Shown: one piece after another, positions 26,449 to 38,130 of the stretch | Layout of the letters: every line of letters begins with the position of its first letter | Position numbering within the stretch: position 1 is the first letter of the stretch | NCBI GenBank assembly: GCA_964106915.2 | Contig: OZ066914.1 | Length of the DNA stretch: 64,000 nt | Strand: one strand, 5' to 3' | Origin: Podarcis gaigeae | Taxonomy: Eukaryota | The notes under the pieces: generated by a model | The model's database searches: none | Told to the model about the DNA's origin: nothing | The model's input: the letters and a program-made list of their open reading frames with translations, nothing else | Translations under genes and position numbers: made by a program

Positions 26449-27123
26449 TATATATTAAGCAAATCTTAATATCTTTATTTTATCATGTTTGCAGATTGGA
26501 GGCATACAAAGGGTTTTGCTTTTCTTTTCTTTTTTGCAAAACCAAAAGTATTTTGTAAAAAAGGGGGAGGGATAGAGGGGTTTGGAATTGAGAATTAGAT
26601 GGCAAAGGAGAAGACTGCAAACATGCATGAAGGACAGGAGGGTCCAGCACAGCAGAAAAGCACACTGAGTAACAACTGCAACCTTTGGTCAGGCTTACTC
26701 TGTTTTCTGAACCCTTACTATTCAGTTCTTGCAGTTCTGTGCCTTTCTTCCCTAACTGAAATGGCTAGAAGCATGCTTTGTTGTTCAAATTATGAGACTG
26801 GAGAGTCTCAGAATGAAAGATACCAGAATGGATTCCAGGTTCTGTGCTTCCACAATGGATATGCTGAAAACAGAAAGCAAAGCATAGTATTCCGCCCCAC
26901 ACCCACTAAGGGAATTACAGAATGGGTTTCTGGGTTTTTCCCTGTTATTATTCTGTCTCTCACAGCTACAATAAATCTACCATTAAAATTATGGACTGGT
27001 CATTTCCTCGTCAGAGGGCAAATGGGCAAACTTATCAGGGGATCAAATACTTCCCCCCCCCTCATTGTAAGTCAACACCCTACTAGCCATAAACAAGTGG
27101 ATGGACAGAGGCTGCCACATTGC

Positions 27124-27431
27124 CTAAGGCCCGTGGGCCATTTGCGTCCCAATCGCCTTCTCAATTCGGCCCGCGGACAGTCTGGGAATCAACGTGTTTT
27201 TACATGAGTAGAATGTGTCCTTTTATTTAAAATGCATCTCTGGGCTATTTGTGGGGCCTACTTGGTGTTTTTATATGAGTAGAATGTGTGCTTTTATGTA
27301 AAATGCATCTCTGGGTTATTTGTGGGGCATAGGAATTTGTTCATTTTTTCCCCAAAAAATATATTCTGGCCCACCACATGGTCTGAGGGGCGGTGTACTG
27401 GCCCATGACTGAAAAAGGTTGCTGACCCCTG
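27124..27431. mobile_element. hAT-type non-autonomous element, left end truncated, with an internal ~70-bp duplication
   Basis: Right terminus aaaaggttgctgacccctg; duplicated unit tgtttttac/tatgagtagaatgtgt...atttgtgggg at ~27195 and ~27266. Confidence 0.65.
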
Positions 27432-27767
27432 GCCTTGGCTTTGGATTCAGGTTGTTACATTCAAAGCACCCTAACATGAAGTCTGGGAATTATGGGAGAA
27501 AGAAGAGTAGAAGTCCTATCATCTTCCTTGACGCACCATCAGTTGTACTTTGCTGCTAGAGTAAAGGCATATTTCCAGAGAGGGACAACATTCACATGAC
27601 TCACTGAGCAGCATTATACAAGTGATGATCAACTACTTCAATAAAAAAAAAATCACCAAGGCAGGAAGAACACTATGCTCTGTGTCCCTGATTGTTCCTC
27701 TTTCTTTAGACCACCTCCGTGGGAACAGAGTGCCCCACACCCTGCAAGTAAACCACAGGACACTCAC

Positions 27768-28501
27768 CCTCCAGAGAAGGACTGCTGAGACATCAGTGTG
27801 TTTTGACCGTCGTACATGTCAATGGCACGCAGGTCTTGCAAATGGTGGTTGGAGTCAGCCAAGCTGCGCACAGAGGGGGCACGGGAACTGCGTTCCATCA
27901 TTCCTGCATAGGAGTTCCCGGCCTGAGAAGCCTGGACCGTGCCATAGTTGCCCGTGCTAAGGCGGGAGCGGTTGTTGCTCTGGAAGCGCTGCAAGGTGCG
28001 CATGGCTGGCGCGCGGATGACAGGCCTGTTCTGCGGTGCCTCCACGCCATCCATCCAGTCGATGGGCCCCTTCATGCCGGCATTGGAGCCGGCGCTCATC
28101 TGCCTTTCAAAGGTGTAGGATCTGCTGAAGCCGCCACCTGCCCGGTTTTTGTAGAGAGCTGCCTGGGCCAGTGGATCCAGCTGCTCAGACACAATGCTGT
28201 AGTGGTCATCCACACCCCCAGGACTGCCTGGCCCATCCGCCAGGCGCAGGGAGCGCAGGGACATGGTGTCATAGTTCTGATGGCCTCGGTAGTTCCGCTC
28301 GTGAAAAGACCTGGGGCGGGGGGCAGTGCCGGCAGACTGAGACATTGTGTAATTTGGGCTATAAGCCAGGCCCTTGGGCCCAACGCCATTGCTGATAGAG
28401 GCCATTCTCTTGTTGGGTCTGAGGTCCACCGCTGAGCGAGAGGACCAGCTAGTAGTTTTCATGGTGCTGTAACCTTTCTTTCCAGCTGGTGGTTGGTACA
28501 G
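27768..28501 (-). CDS. PKP3: Plakophilin-3 exon 3 (734 nt, head domain)
   Basis: Contains SWSSRSAVDL, SFHER, YDTMSLRSLRL, IRAPAMRTLQRFQS and RAPSVRSL. Acceptor cattgcag|CTG, donor GG|GTGAGT. Confidence 0.96.
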
Positions 28502-28961
28502 CTGCAATGGGATGAAAGAAGGGAGTGCAGTGTTTATTTTCAAAAGTAGATAGACTCTTCTATCAAATGAAATAATGCAGAGTATTTGGTTTGTCCTGCA
28601 AATGCCACACCCCAGCGGCAAGGTCAAGTGGGGTCTTTCCATACCACCCATTTATTTGCCCTTGATGGGCACCATCCTCAGTGAACTGGCAGGCCACATT
28701 CTGCTCTCAGTTAACAGCCATGCTGCTCTGCACAGAATCTTAAAAGCTGGCTCTGACACCGTCACTGGGATATTTTACTGAAACAATTGCTGCAAGATTG
28801 CATAGTACCATGGGGACTAGTTTTACAAAAGCAGGGAGGCCAAAAGTGGGAATTAGATTCCTTTAACACTGGTGGTAATCATCACTACAGTCATCATCAC
28901 CCACAATCGCAGTTCATTAGCAATCAATAGGCAGCAGAAAGAGCTGGGTTTTTGAACTTAC

Positions 28962-29050
28962 AGAGCTTTGGGGGGCTGTGCCATTTGTCTGGGATCTGGA
29001 GCTGTAGTGCTGCTGCAGAGTGCTGCATTGGCCATTGGTGGAGTTTCCGC
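28962..29050 (-). CDS. PKP3: Plakophilin-3 exon 2 (89 nt, GGNSTNGQCSTLQQHYSSRSQTNGTAPQSS)
   Basis: Acceptor gtcctgcag|, donor TCT|GTAAGT. Phase 1 in and 0 out bridges exons 1 and 3 exactly. Contains the PKP3 'GQ..TLQ...SSRSQ' motif. Not in the ORF track. Confidence 0.92.
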
Positions 29051-30609
29051 CTGCAGGACAAGAATACATTGAGCTCACTTAGCAAGGACAGTATCACTTT
29101 GTTTGGCAAACAGTCCAACAGTTGGGGCAGCAGGACAGCAACTGGCTGGAGTTGACTAAACTTGGAAGGAGAAATATAATATGCATGAAAATATCAGACT
29201 TTACCCTTCAAATTCTAGAGGTCTGGATTCTGGGTCCAGGGCAGACCTCAGTTTCTATGTTAATCAAAACAAGTGTCTTGGCTTCAATTACTCCCATGTT
29301 ATGTTTCCCAGTTAATCCTGGAAACTAGTTTATACTGTTACACGGTTGGTTGTTCTAGCCTAATATTGTCCCCTCAGACTGGAAACAGTTCTCCAGGGTC
29401 CCAGGCACTGGTCCTTCTCAGCCCTGCAATGAGAGATCCTGTTAACTGGAAATGCCACAGGCTGACCCTAGGTGTCATGATTCCAGAGTGACCAGGACAC
29501 CAAAATAGAGACTATAGCGTCACTGGCCTAGGAGCTACATCAGGTTCCTGACTCTGTCTTCAATGCTGGTTCATGGAACCACTGAAGCCCATCTCATACA
29601 ACATGAGATGGAGCCACAAATGGAATCTTTCCCAGGGCCCATGGAACTGAGTGCCTCTCATACTAGCTTGCCAGTCTAATGGCAAAGAGTGTGTGCCAGG
29701 TAGGAAGCAATAGAGCGCAGGAGAAGTCCCAGTCCTCAGGCCAGGGGGTGGGCCTTCAAGAGTCTCTAGCAGGAGAAGCCTAGGAGAGGTGACTGGAGGC
29801 AGAGGCTCAAATTTTCAATTCCAGCTCTGGTTTGAGCAAGTTGCTCAACTAAGAGCTCTTCTTGCTACATAGGCTCCTCCATGGGATCAGAAGAGGACAC
29901 TAGTGGACACTGCACATAGAAGTTGTGGTTCCTGGAAATAAAGGCAGAGGTATATCAAGAAGAATCCACCTAATCCAGAACTCTTTTTCTAGCTGAAAAC
30001 CTGTAAGCAAGACATAGCATGATGTCTATGCTATTTGTCCACCAGAAACCACTATCCTCCATCTATACTTGGGAGATTCAATTTCACTGTTATGGCTTCC
30101 TGCAATATATATCTTAGACCATGCAGCCTGTGTGATGAAAGACCATGGTGGCTGTCTATGACACAGTTCCACACCTTATGGCAGCCCAGGGAATTCAGAG
30201 AAGTGGACGTCACCAGACCTTTGACCTTATGAATCCTCCACCACACGGGGATTGGCCTTACTCAGGATTTTATTTGCCTTCAGAACCCTGTACTAACTTC
30301 TTAAGCAATGTCACCTCTTTAGTCCTAGGCATTCTAGTTGGGAAACAGTTGCTTATGTGTCTGGATTACCTTATCTTTTTTCTCACTTACCCAGGCCTTT
30401 GCCAAGTGACGTTATATGCACCAAATTGTTCTTTCCTGGGTGCTTTTGGGATTTCATCCTTCGTTTATCTAACCAATGTCCTTTAAGGACCTTACTCTCA
30501 CTATGATCTATATTTCATTCCTATTGATAACTCATTTCTGGGGACACTACAGTTACTCAGAAGTGTGGAATATGTTTTCTGCAGTTACACAGAGGAACTT
30601 TGGGCCAAC

Positions 30610-30657
30610 CTAACTTTGTATCTAACTTTGTATCTAACTTTGTATCTAACTTTGTAT
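30610..30657. repeat. 12-bp tandem repeat (ctaactttgtat) x4
   Basis: Direct reading; abuts the Sauria SINE insertion site. Confidence 0.95.
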
Positions 30658-30678
30658 CTAACTTTGGGCCAACCTAAC

Positions 30679-31041
30679 GGGACGCAGGTGGCGCTGTGGG
30701 TTAAAGCCTCAGCGCCTAGGACTTGCTGATCGAAAGGTCGGCGGTTCGAATCCCTGCGGCGGGGTGCGCTCCCGCTGCTCAGTCCCAGCGCCTGCCAACC
30801 TAGCAGTTCGAAAGCACCTCCGGGTGCAAGTAGATAAATAGGGACCGCTTACCAGCGGGAAGGTAAACGGCGTTTCCGTGTGTGGCTCTGGCTCGCCAGA
30901 GCAGCGATGTCACGCTGGCCACGTGACCCGGAAGTGTCTCCGGACAGCGCTGGCCCCTGGCCTCTTAAGTGAGATGGGCGCACAACCCCAGAGTCTGTCA
31001 AGACTGGCCCGTACGGGCAGGGGTACCTTTACCTTTACTTT
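30679..31041 (+). mobile_element. Full-length, CpG-rich (young) Sauria SINE
   Basis: gggacgcaggtggcgctgtgggttaaa head, ggttcgaatccc B box, cctagcagttcgaaagc core, (accttt)n tail; TSD acctaac at 30672-30678 and 31042-31048. Confidence 0.9.
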
Positions 31042-31106
31042 ACCTAACTTTGTATATCTCAGGGATGAACCCTGTCATTAGAAACAGATCCTAGGAATGA
31101 ACCCTG

Positions 31107-31187
31107 GCAGAAATTAAATCCTAGCACTAACTTGCAGAAATTAAATCCTAGCACTAACTTGCAGAAATTAAATCCTAGCACTAACTT
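31107..31187. repeat. 27-bp perfect tandem repeat x3 (gcagaaattaaatcctagcactaactt)
   Basis: Direct reading. Confidence 0.95.
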
Positions 31188-32779
31188 GAGCATTGATAAA
31201 TGCTGAGTAGCACAGGGCTATTTACTGCTTGATAGATTCCTGGATATGAAAGCTTCTGTTAATTCAGTCTAAAATTACACTGGCCTCCATTTGACTCCAC
31301 TGCATGAAACTGTTGGCTCAGTTGGTTATCTATTATCACCCTTAAATGCTTGTTGGCATCATGACTGCATAGCCAATTATCCAATATCTTGTCAAGGGTC
31401 TCTGACCTGAACCTAATTTTCAAAGCTATCCCTCATTGCCCTTGCAATGTCCCTCTTGTCCACCATATGTTCCTAGTCATTTGGATTTGCCTGCAGCCAA
31501 GCCTTATATAGCTCGGAGAGGCCATTGTAGGGCCTGCCAAAACCATACAAAAAGCTCGCAAACACATTGAGGTGTCCCACACTTTCTGGAACATAAATTA
31601 CTGTTACAAAAATGTCCTTTATTTCAGAACCTCCTTGTTTTCCACAAGACAACTGTCTAGCTTCCACTCTTTAAGCTTGTCATTTCTTCCAAAGACACCT
31701 TCATCCTCTACAAAGGCTCAAAGCTTTTCACAAAGAACACAAGGGCATAATAAGTACCTTGCTGGTTCAAATCAAAGGTCTACCTAGCCAGTCCATCATT
31801 CTGCCTCAGAATGTGGGCAGCCAGGTGTCTCTGACAAACTCACTAGACAAAAAAAATTGGCAACAATCATACCCTTCAGTTCGTTTCCAAACAGCTGGTA
31901 TTCACTTAAACTAGGGATGCAGGCTCAAAACATTGGAATCAGTTTTGCAATCATGGGTAACAGCTATCAAAAGTAAGCTAAGCTTGAACTCATCACCATA
32001 CTCGTGGTAATTCATATCATTAGTTAATGAACCACTCTATGAATAAGTATTTTTTCTTCATCCTAGACCAAATACTTCCTTGAGCAACTTTGTGTTCTGT
32101 TATTATGGGAGAAGGTGGACAATTTCTCTCTCTCCATTCTCTTCACATCATTCATGATTGTATAAACTTTAGCTTGTGCCCTCTGAGTTGTCTATTTTCT
32201 AAGCCAAGTAAAGTATTATTTCATTTTTATAGGACTCTTGACATCCCCAATTAGCTCTCTCATGTCAGGTTGTTTTGTCTTTGCTTGACCCTCATTTAGA
32301 GGCTTCCATCTTCCATTTTAAATTCATAAGACTGAGATATGAGTTATCCTCCATCTTACTGCATTTGGCTCTTCCCTTTCCTGTCATCCATTTATTTGTG
32401 GTGGTTTTCTGATGCTCTTTTAATCAGATTGTAATAGCATGGTGGTTCACATTCCACCTACGCATGAATTCCTGGATAATATCCCAGAACACACTGTACT
32501 GAGATCTGGCACAGTGCCTTCTGGGTAATGACACCTCCATTCACTTTTTGGGAAGAAAGTGGAAATGGCTACACATTTTGGAAAGATGATCTATTCATCC
32601 ATTATGATTAAAAATCATTAGCGTGGTGATTATTAAAGGTGCCCTTGTTCAGAGGTGCATGCCTCCTAGGGTTACTGCAAGGTAGAAGGGGGAAATGAAA
32701 ATGGCAGGGAATTGTACTGGCTTTGCACTTGTCAGAGGCCCAGATGCGACATAACACTAAGCCAAACCATGACTTAGAG

Positions 32780-32915
32780 CAGGTGTCCCCAACCTTTGGC
32801 CGTCCAGATGTTTTGGACTACAATTCCCATCATCCCTGACCACTGGTCCTGTTAGGCAGGGATCATGGGAGTTGTAGGCCAAAACATCTGGAGGGCCGCA
32901 GGTTGGGGATGCCTG
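32780..32915. mobile_element. Palindromic hAT (Buster/Charlie-type) MITE
   Basis: TIRs CAGGTGTCCCCAACCT / AGGTTGGGGATGCCTG; perfect TSD acttagag. Confidence 0.9.
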
Positions 32916-34699
32916 ACTTAGAGTGAATAAGCAAATGTGCAGGTTCCCAAAGAGAAGACTGGCCACTTTGCTTTTTCTCTGGTCCTGCTGCTGCCATGCT
33001 GCTGTGAGCTGAGCAATGTTAGTAGAGGAAACCTCCAAAGCAAAGGCACTAGCTTCCTGTGCCCTTCACAAAAGAGACCTTATAGTCATAGTTTACAACT
33101 CAAGTGTCAAAGAACAGTGTGGGAAATGGCTTTGGAGCTGTCCTCTCACTTTCTTATCTGCAAAATGCTTGGTTTTCTTCTTGCTTGGCTGCACTGGTTC
33201 TCCTTTCCGACAAACAGAAATGCAAGACAATCCCACAGAGGGGCTAGCTAATAAGCTTCAGCTCCTTGTGTTCCCTCTCCATTAACTTTCTCCACTCCTT
33301 CTTTCCCAGGCATCCTTTCATTTTGTATAAATATTAAAACACTTTTTAAATGGTTGCTTAACAAAGGCCCTTTTTAGAAAGCTGTAACCTGGCACAGTTC
33401 CTGGATAGCTGAAGGGAGTTGACCAGCTATCAGCACAGCCATAATGCTGCTGAGTGATTGTATTTCAGAAGCTGCAGAGTCATCGGGAGAGACCTGAGCC
33501 AAAATCCAGCAAGTAGAATGTTTTTGGTGGGCTCAGATTTTGTTCTGAGCCAACGTTTAATGTTTTTTCTCAGAACCATCTGACTGCTTTTGCGGCTGTG
33601 AGGGAGGAGATACGTACAGCAGTATCCCATATCCATTTTAGAAGAATCTGTAGAAGATAACAACTTAACTCAGAAGAAGTGTAAAACATGGTTTACCACT
33701 AAACTTGAATGAACAAAACCTTACTTTGATGTTCAAACCAGACCAAGAAACAAGTCTTAATCCCTAAAGGCAAGTTTACACTAGCAGTTTTTTGGATGTT
33801 ACCATATGAAATGCACCCCTAAGACTGGAAATATTGTGCATTCCCCAGAGACAGAACACCATTGGTGTGCCTGGTTTTGTTTGTGTGTGTGTGTTTGTGT
33901 GTGTGTGTGTGCACGCGCACATGTGTTTTAAAGCTGGGGAACAGATTTTGCTCTTAAGACATGCTGTACTCTTAAGTGCTTGGCACAGAACACGCTAACT
34001 AGCTAGCTATACTATTGCAACATCAAGTTATACTGACATAGCAAATATGCTAGTGCACAAGCTTAGAGAAGTAGCATTATTTAATGCTTAAAAACAGCAC
34101 CATGTACTGGTTTAAAAGATCTATGGTAGTTCAAAACATCAAAAGAAAATCTATACAAATGGTCACTATGCACAGCTCAGAAGAGGGAGGAAAAAGTTGC
34201 TACTACCAAGCAAGAAACACAATTTATGTGAAGCTTGTCACTTAACTCAGGGGTCACAAACACAATGCCCATGAGAACCAATATGCCCACCAGTTCCTTC
34301 TATGACACCCTTAAAAGGTATCAGTAAATATCCCCTCAAAAACCCATAATGTATGAGGGACTATTTGCTCTTATTGCTCACTTCCTGATTGCAGCAGCTT
34401 GGTCTGTCCTGTATTCTCCCACAGGAGCCATTTTATGTTCTGTCACACCCCCATGGCAGCCATTTTGTGACTGGAACCCGCAGCCTTAAACCCTTTCTTC
34501 TTTTTAAAGAATACCATTTTCATACATTAATCCCTTATTACGCTTTCCTTTCTCTCTGTGTTCTGCAACTCTCTCTCTCTCACACACACACGCACAGAGA
34601 GAGTTTATGTTTAGTGTATATGAGATCATAATATGGACAATTTCCTCAACCAAGGAACAGGTGCTAGAATGGGACTCCTAAAACCAGTGGGAGAAACAA

Positions 34700-36170
34700 A
34701 AGGGGTGTCTAGAATTCAGGTGTCATATCATATAGCATACAAAACACCACAAAGAATCACCATTTATTTAGACTACAAAGGGGAAATGGAGCTGGAAAGG
34801 ATAAAGAAACACTGCATAATTAAGGAAACTACTATGCCTATCTTGTGTAATGGACCAATGATTAAAGGTGTATATTTTGTAAAAGCTTACTGAAGCTGTA
34901 GTGAGAGAAAAATATGTACCTGCAACACTAGAGGACCTTCTCCCGAAAGAGACAGGAACCAAAGTATTTTCCAAATAGGATACTTTAGTATCTAGCAAAT
35001 ACCTTTGACAAACTAGACTGCTACATTGACTAGATTTATCACACCCTTTGGGAGATTTTGTTTTCAGCGCTTACCATTTGGAATTGCGAGTGCTTCCTAG
35101 ATTTTTTAAACAAAGATGACAGAAGTCCTGAGAGAGATAAAAGGAGTAATTGTCTTCCTGAATGACATTCTAATACAGAGTACATCAGTGGAAGAAAGAC
35201 CATGACAAAACACTGGTCACTGTCAGGAATAAGATCCATTAATCCTGACTCAATATAAACAAGGAGAAATGCATTTTTCATCAAGGTGAAGTTGAATTAC
35301 TTAGACAACTAATCACACAACATGGGGCAAAGCCATGCCTAGAGATGGTAAATGCCATCAAAGAACTGAAAGCACTGAAGGCTACAGAACTGAGACAATT
35401 TCTGGGAATGCTGAACTATCTAGGTTGATATTTGTACAATACTTCAAAAGAGAAACAACCACTACACCAATTATTGAAACCCACTACTTCCTGGTTTTGT
35501 GGATCAGTTCTGTGGGCTGCCTTTAAAAATATAAATGAGATTATCTCCAACAAGCCTACAATGGGTAGCACTGATGCAAGAAAGTACAGATTTAGAAGGT
35601 GTGCTATTACAATTGCATGGTTCAGAATGGATGCCAGTCACATTCTGCTCTAGAACTCTAACCAGAGCAGGAAAAAATATTATCAAAATTTTTTTTTGCT
35701 AGTGTTTCTGCATGCAAAAACTTTTACAGATACCTATGTGATCTGCCTTATTTCAGATTCGCAGACCATAATCCCTTTGTGACCTTGATTAAAGAAAAAA
35801 ACATGTAGCAGAATATATTACAAGAAAACAATTGATCATAGCAGACACCTTGTCACAAAGTCCCACAAGAGCCTGATTATATTCTGCTGAGAGTGAACAT
35901 GGAATACTTAACAGAAACTGATGATATCTTCTTCCTATCACTGAGAAGGTGCAATCACCAAAAGCAAACTCTGGGGCTTGCATAGTAGAACTAACAGCAA
36001 TGTTACTGTCACGACTACTACTTACTCTGAGTTATTTGGAAGCTGTCAAGGTAAATGACCAAAGACCTGAACTATCAAGTAGTTTAACAGCACTGATGTA
36101 CTGGTTGTTTATTTAAATAAGGAAGAGATGTTGTGTGGATAGTGTCATTCTCTGGTTTGGTCAATAGGTG
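34700..36170 (+). mobile_element. Decayed Ty3/Gypsy LTR-retrotransposon pol (RT and RNase H)
   Basis: From 35041 reads TPFGRFCFQRLPFGIASAS*IF*TKMTEVLREIKGVIVFLNDILIQ (RT, degenerate DD motif). Downstream fragments STDA, VLLQLHGSEWMPVTFCSRTLT, DHNPFVTLI and ADTLSQSP (RNase H). Many stops and frameshifts. Confidence 0.88.
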
Positions 36171-36876
36171 GCATTGTACTTAGTTAAATCTTCAAGAGTT
36201 TCCTTTGTTGGTTCTGTTCTTGTTGGAGACAATGATGTTCTTATCTAGCTGCCTGACTGGGAAGCCCTCTAAGCCTTCCATGACATGTGATAACAAATCT
36301 ATTTAGAATAATGCTTATACAAATCAAAACTAATTATTATGTGCAAAGACGAAACCAAACCAAAGGAGTTGCTATGGGAGTGAAAAGAGGGTTGTGCAAA
36401 CTAACCTTGCATGTCTCCATGTTATACTAATTAATTCATTACTTAGAAACATATGAGGTCAGCGCTTAAAGAATGTGTGAACCTTCCTAAGTGTTGCACC
36501 ACAATAAAGACACCGTCAGTTTTTCCTCCTCTGAAAGAAATTGTCCTCTTACCGTAAAATGTAAGTAAAGTGGGGGAATCTCTCTTCATACCTGAAGATT
36601 AGGAAACTAGGTCTGTTTCTGCAGAGGCTTTCAACTTATTAAGCTAAACAAGATAAGCTTTATAGAGGAAATGCGGTGCTCAGAGTGAAAATTCCTCCCA
36701 TTTTACTGAACAGCTGCATGTGTAGTTATCAAACATGACCCTAAGTTAAAAGAATAATCATTTAGGAGCTGTTTGCCAAATAAATCCAATGACAGATGAG
36801 GCTGATTTCCCAGCAGTGGAGGAGACACAAACCAGGCTCAAAACCGCAAATAAAATCTGAGCATTTCTCATTAATG

Positions 36877-37239
36877 CAGGCACACCTCATTTATTGTGCT
36901 TTGCTTTAATTGTGTTTCACAGATCTTGCTCCTTACAAGGATGCAGGTGCACTTGCAAGCAGCCCAGCCACATCCCAGGGAAGGAAGCGCCCTGCTACCA
37001 CAATTCTTCTGGCTACAGGAGTGGAACTGGCTAGTGCTGGACTTGGGCTTTCCCCCTCCTGCCCCTGATGACGGGGGCGGGGGGGACAGACGACGACCCG
37101 GCTTAGTAGCCTACAGCACAGAGAAAACAGAACTTTTATATGCACTAGGAAACAAAATGAAAAAATATTGCTTTAATGCAATATTTGCTTTATTGTGCTG
37201 GCCTAGAACCAAATCCATAATATCTCCGCGGTACATCTG
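36877..37239. mobile_element. Tigger1-like non-autonomous DNA transposon
   Basis: Ends caggcacacctcatttattgtgctttgctttaattgtg... and ...tttgctttattgtgctggcctagaacc...atatctccgcggtacatctg|ta resemble Tigger1 termini. Confidence 0.7.
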
Positions 37240-37308
37240 TATCTCCTTCCTTCTCTGTGGCATTCTTTGTTTTGCAGCTACTTTTTAGCTCAAGGGGCTG
37301 GCTTAGAG

Positions 37309-38130
37309 CAGGATGGGAAACCTGTGGCCCTCCGGATATTGTTTGACTGTGTAGCAAGACACCCCACTGTATACTTTATATATGGAGGACCAGATTTTAT
37401 TTCTCACTTATTCACTTTCTAACCACCAAATATTAGCATTAGTAAACTGTATAGTTCTGATAACTGTATCCCAGAAGCTATGGTATGATAGATGTGGTAC
37501 AAAACCATCTAGACACTCTTTTATAATTAAATATATTTATTTATTATAAATATAGAGGTATAATAAGATGAGTTTTATAATTCAGTTTGTTACTATTGCT
37601 TTAAGACATACTTATATTTGCTCTAATAAGGTTCCTGTATCTTTACATAACAGTTATAAAGGTTTACATAAGGCTGACTGGTAAAACTTAGTTCCTAACC
37701 CTATTTAACTTAATACTGCTTAGTCTGTCTTCCCAGTCAATCTCACTACCAAGTCCTTTGAGACAGGCTTGCAGGCAGTTCTCACTCTGGACAGCTCCAG
37801 AAGCTCCTTGCTGAATTCCCCTCATTCCTTAATGCCCTTATATGGCCTCATTGCCAATCTTCAGTTTATGTACTGATCCAGTTCTTTGGGGGCAGACTAT
37901 CTTTCCAGCTTGGATAGCCTCTAGCCTGTCTTCCACCTGCTTCAACTCCCCCCCCTTCATCTTTGCCCCCTGTTCTTCACCCCTCATCATTTGTCAGCTT
38001 CAACAGTAGTAGAATAGACCTATTTATTTCCCAGCCAGCCTATTCTTCAATGAATCAGATTTGATTCATTAAATCCCTCCCTCCTCATCAGCCCACTTTC
38101 CCCATCCAATAAGTGACCAATAAATTCTGC
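37309..38130. mobile_element. Left arm of a hAT MITE (37309-37350) interrupted by an unclassified insertion starting tgtagc (possible solo LTR)
   Basis: MITE sequence stops abruptly and no right arm is seen; the right boundary of the insertion is a guess. Confidence 0.3.

Noticed and set aside
26599-27207. 202-aa plus-strand intronic ORF
   Set aside because: No recognisable domain; runs into a hAT element; composition looks non-coding.
27803-28435. 210-aa plus-strand ORF
   Set aside because: Antisense shadow of GC-rich PKP3 exon 3; no independent motifs.
30610-31187. Short direct repeats as a CRISPR-like array
   Set aside because: Head-to-tail tandem units with no spacers, eukaryotic context, no cas genes.
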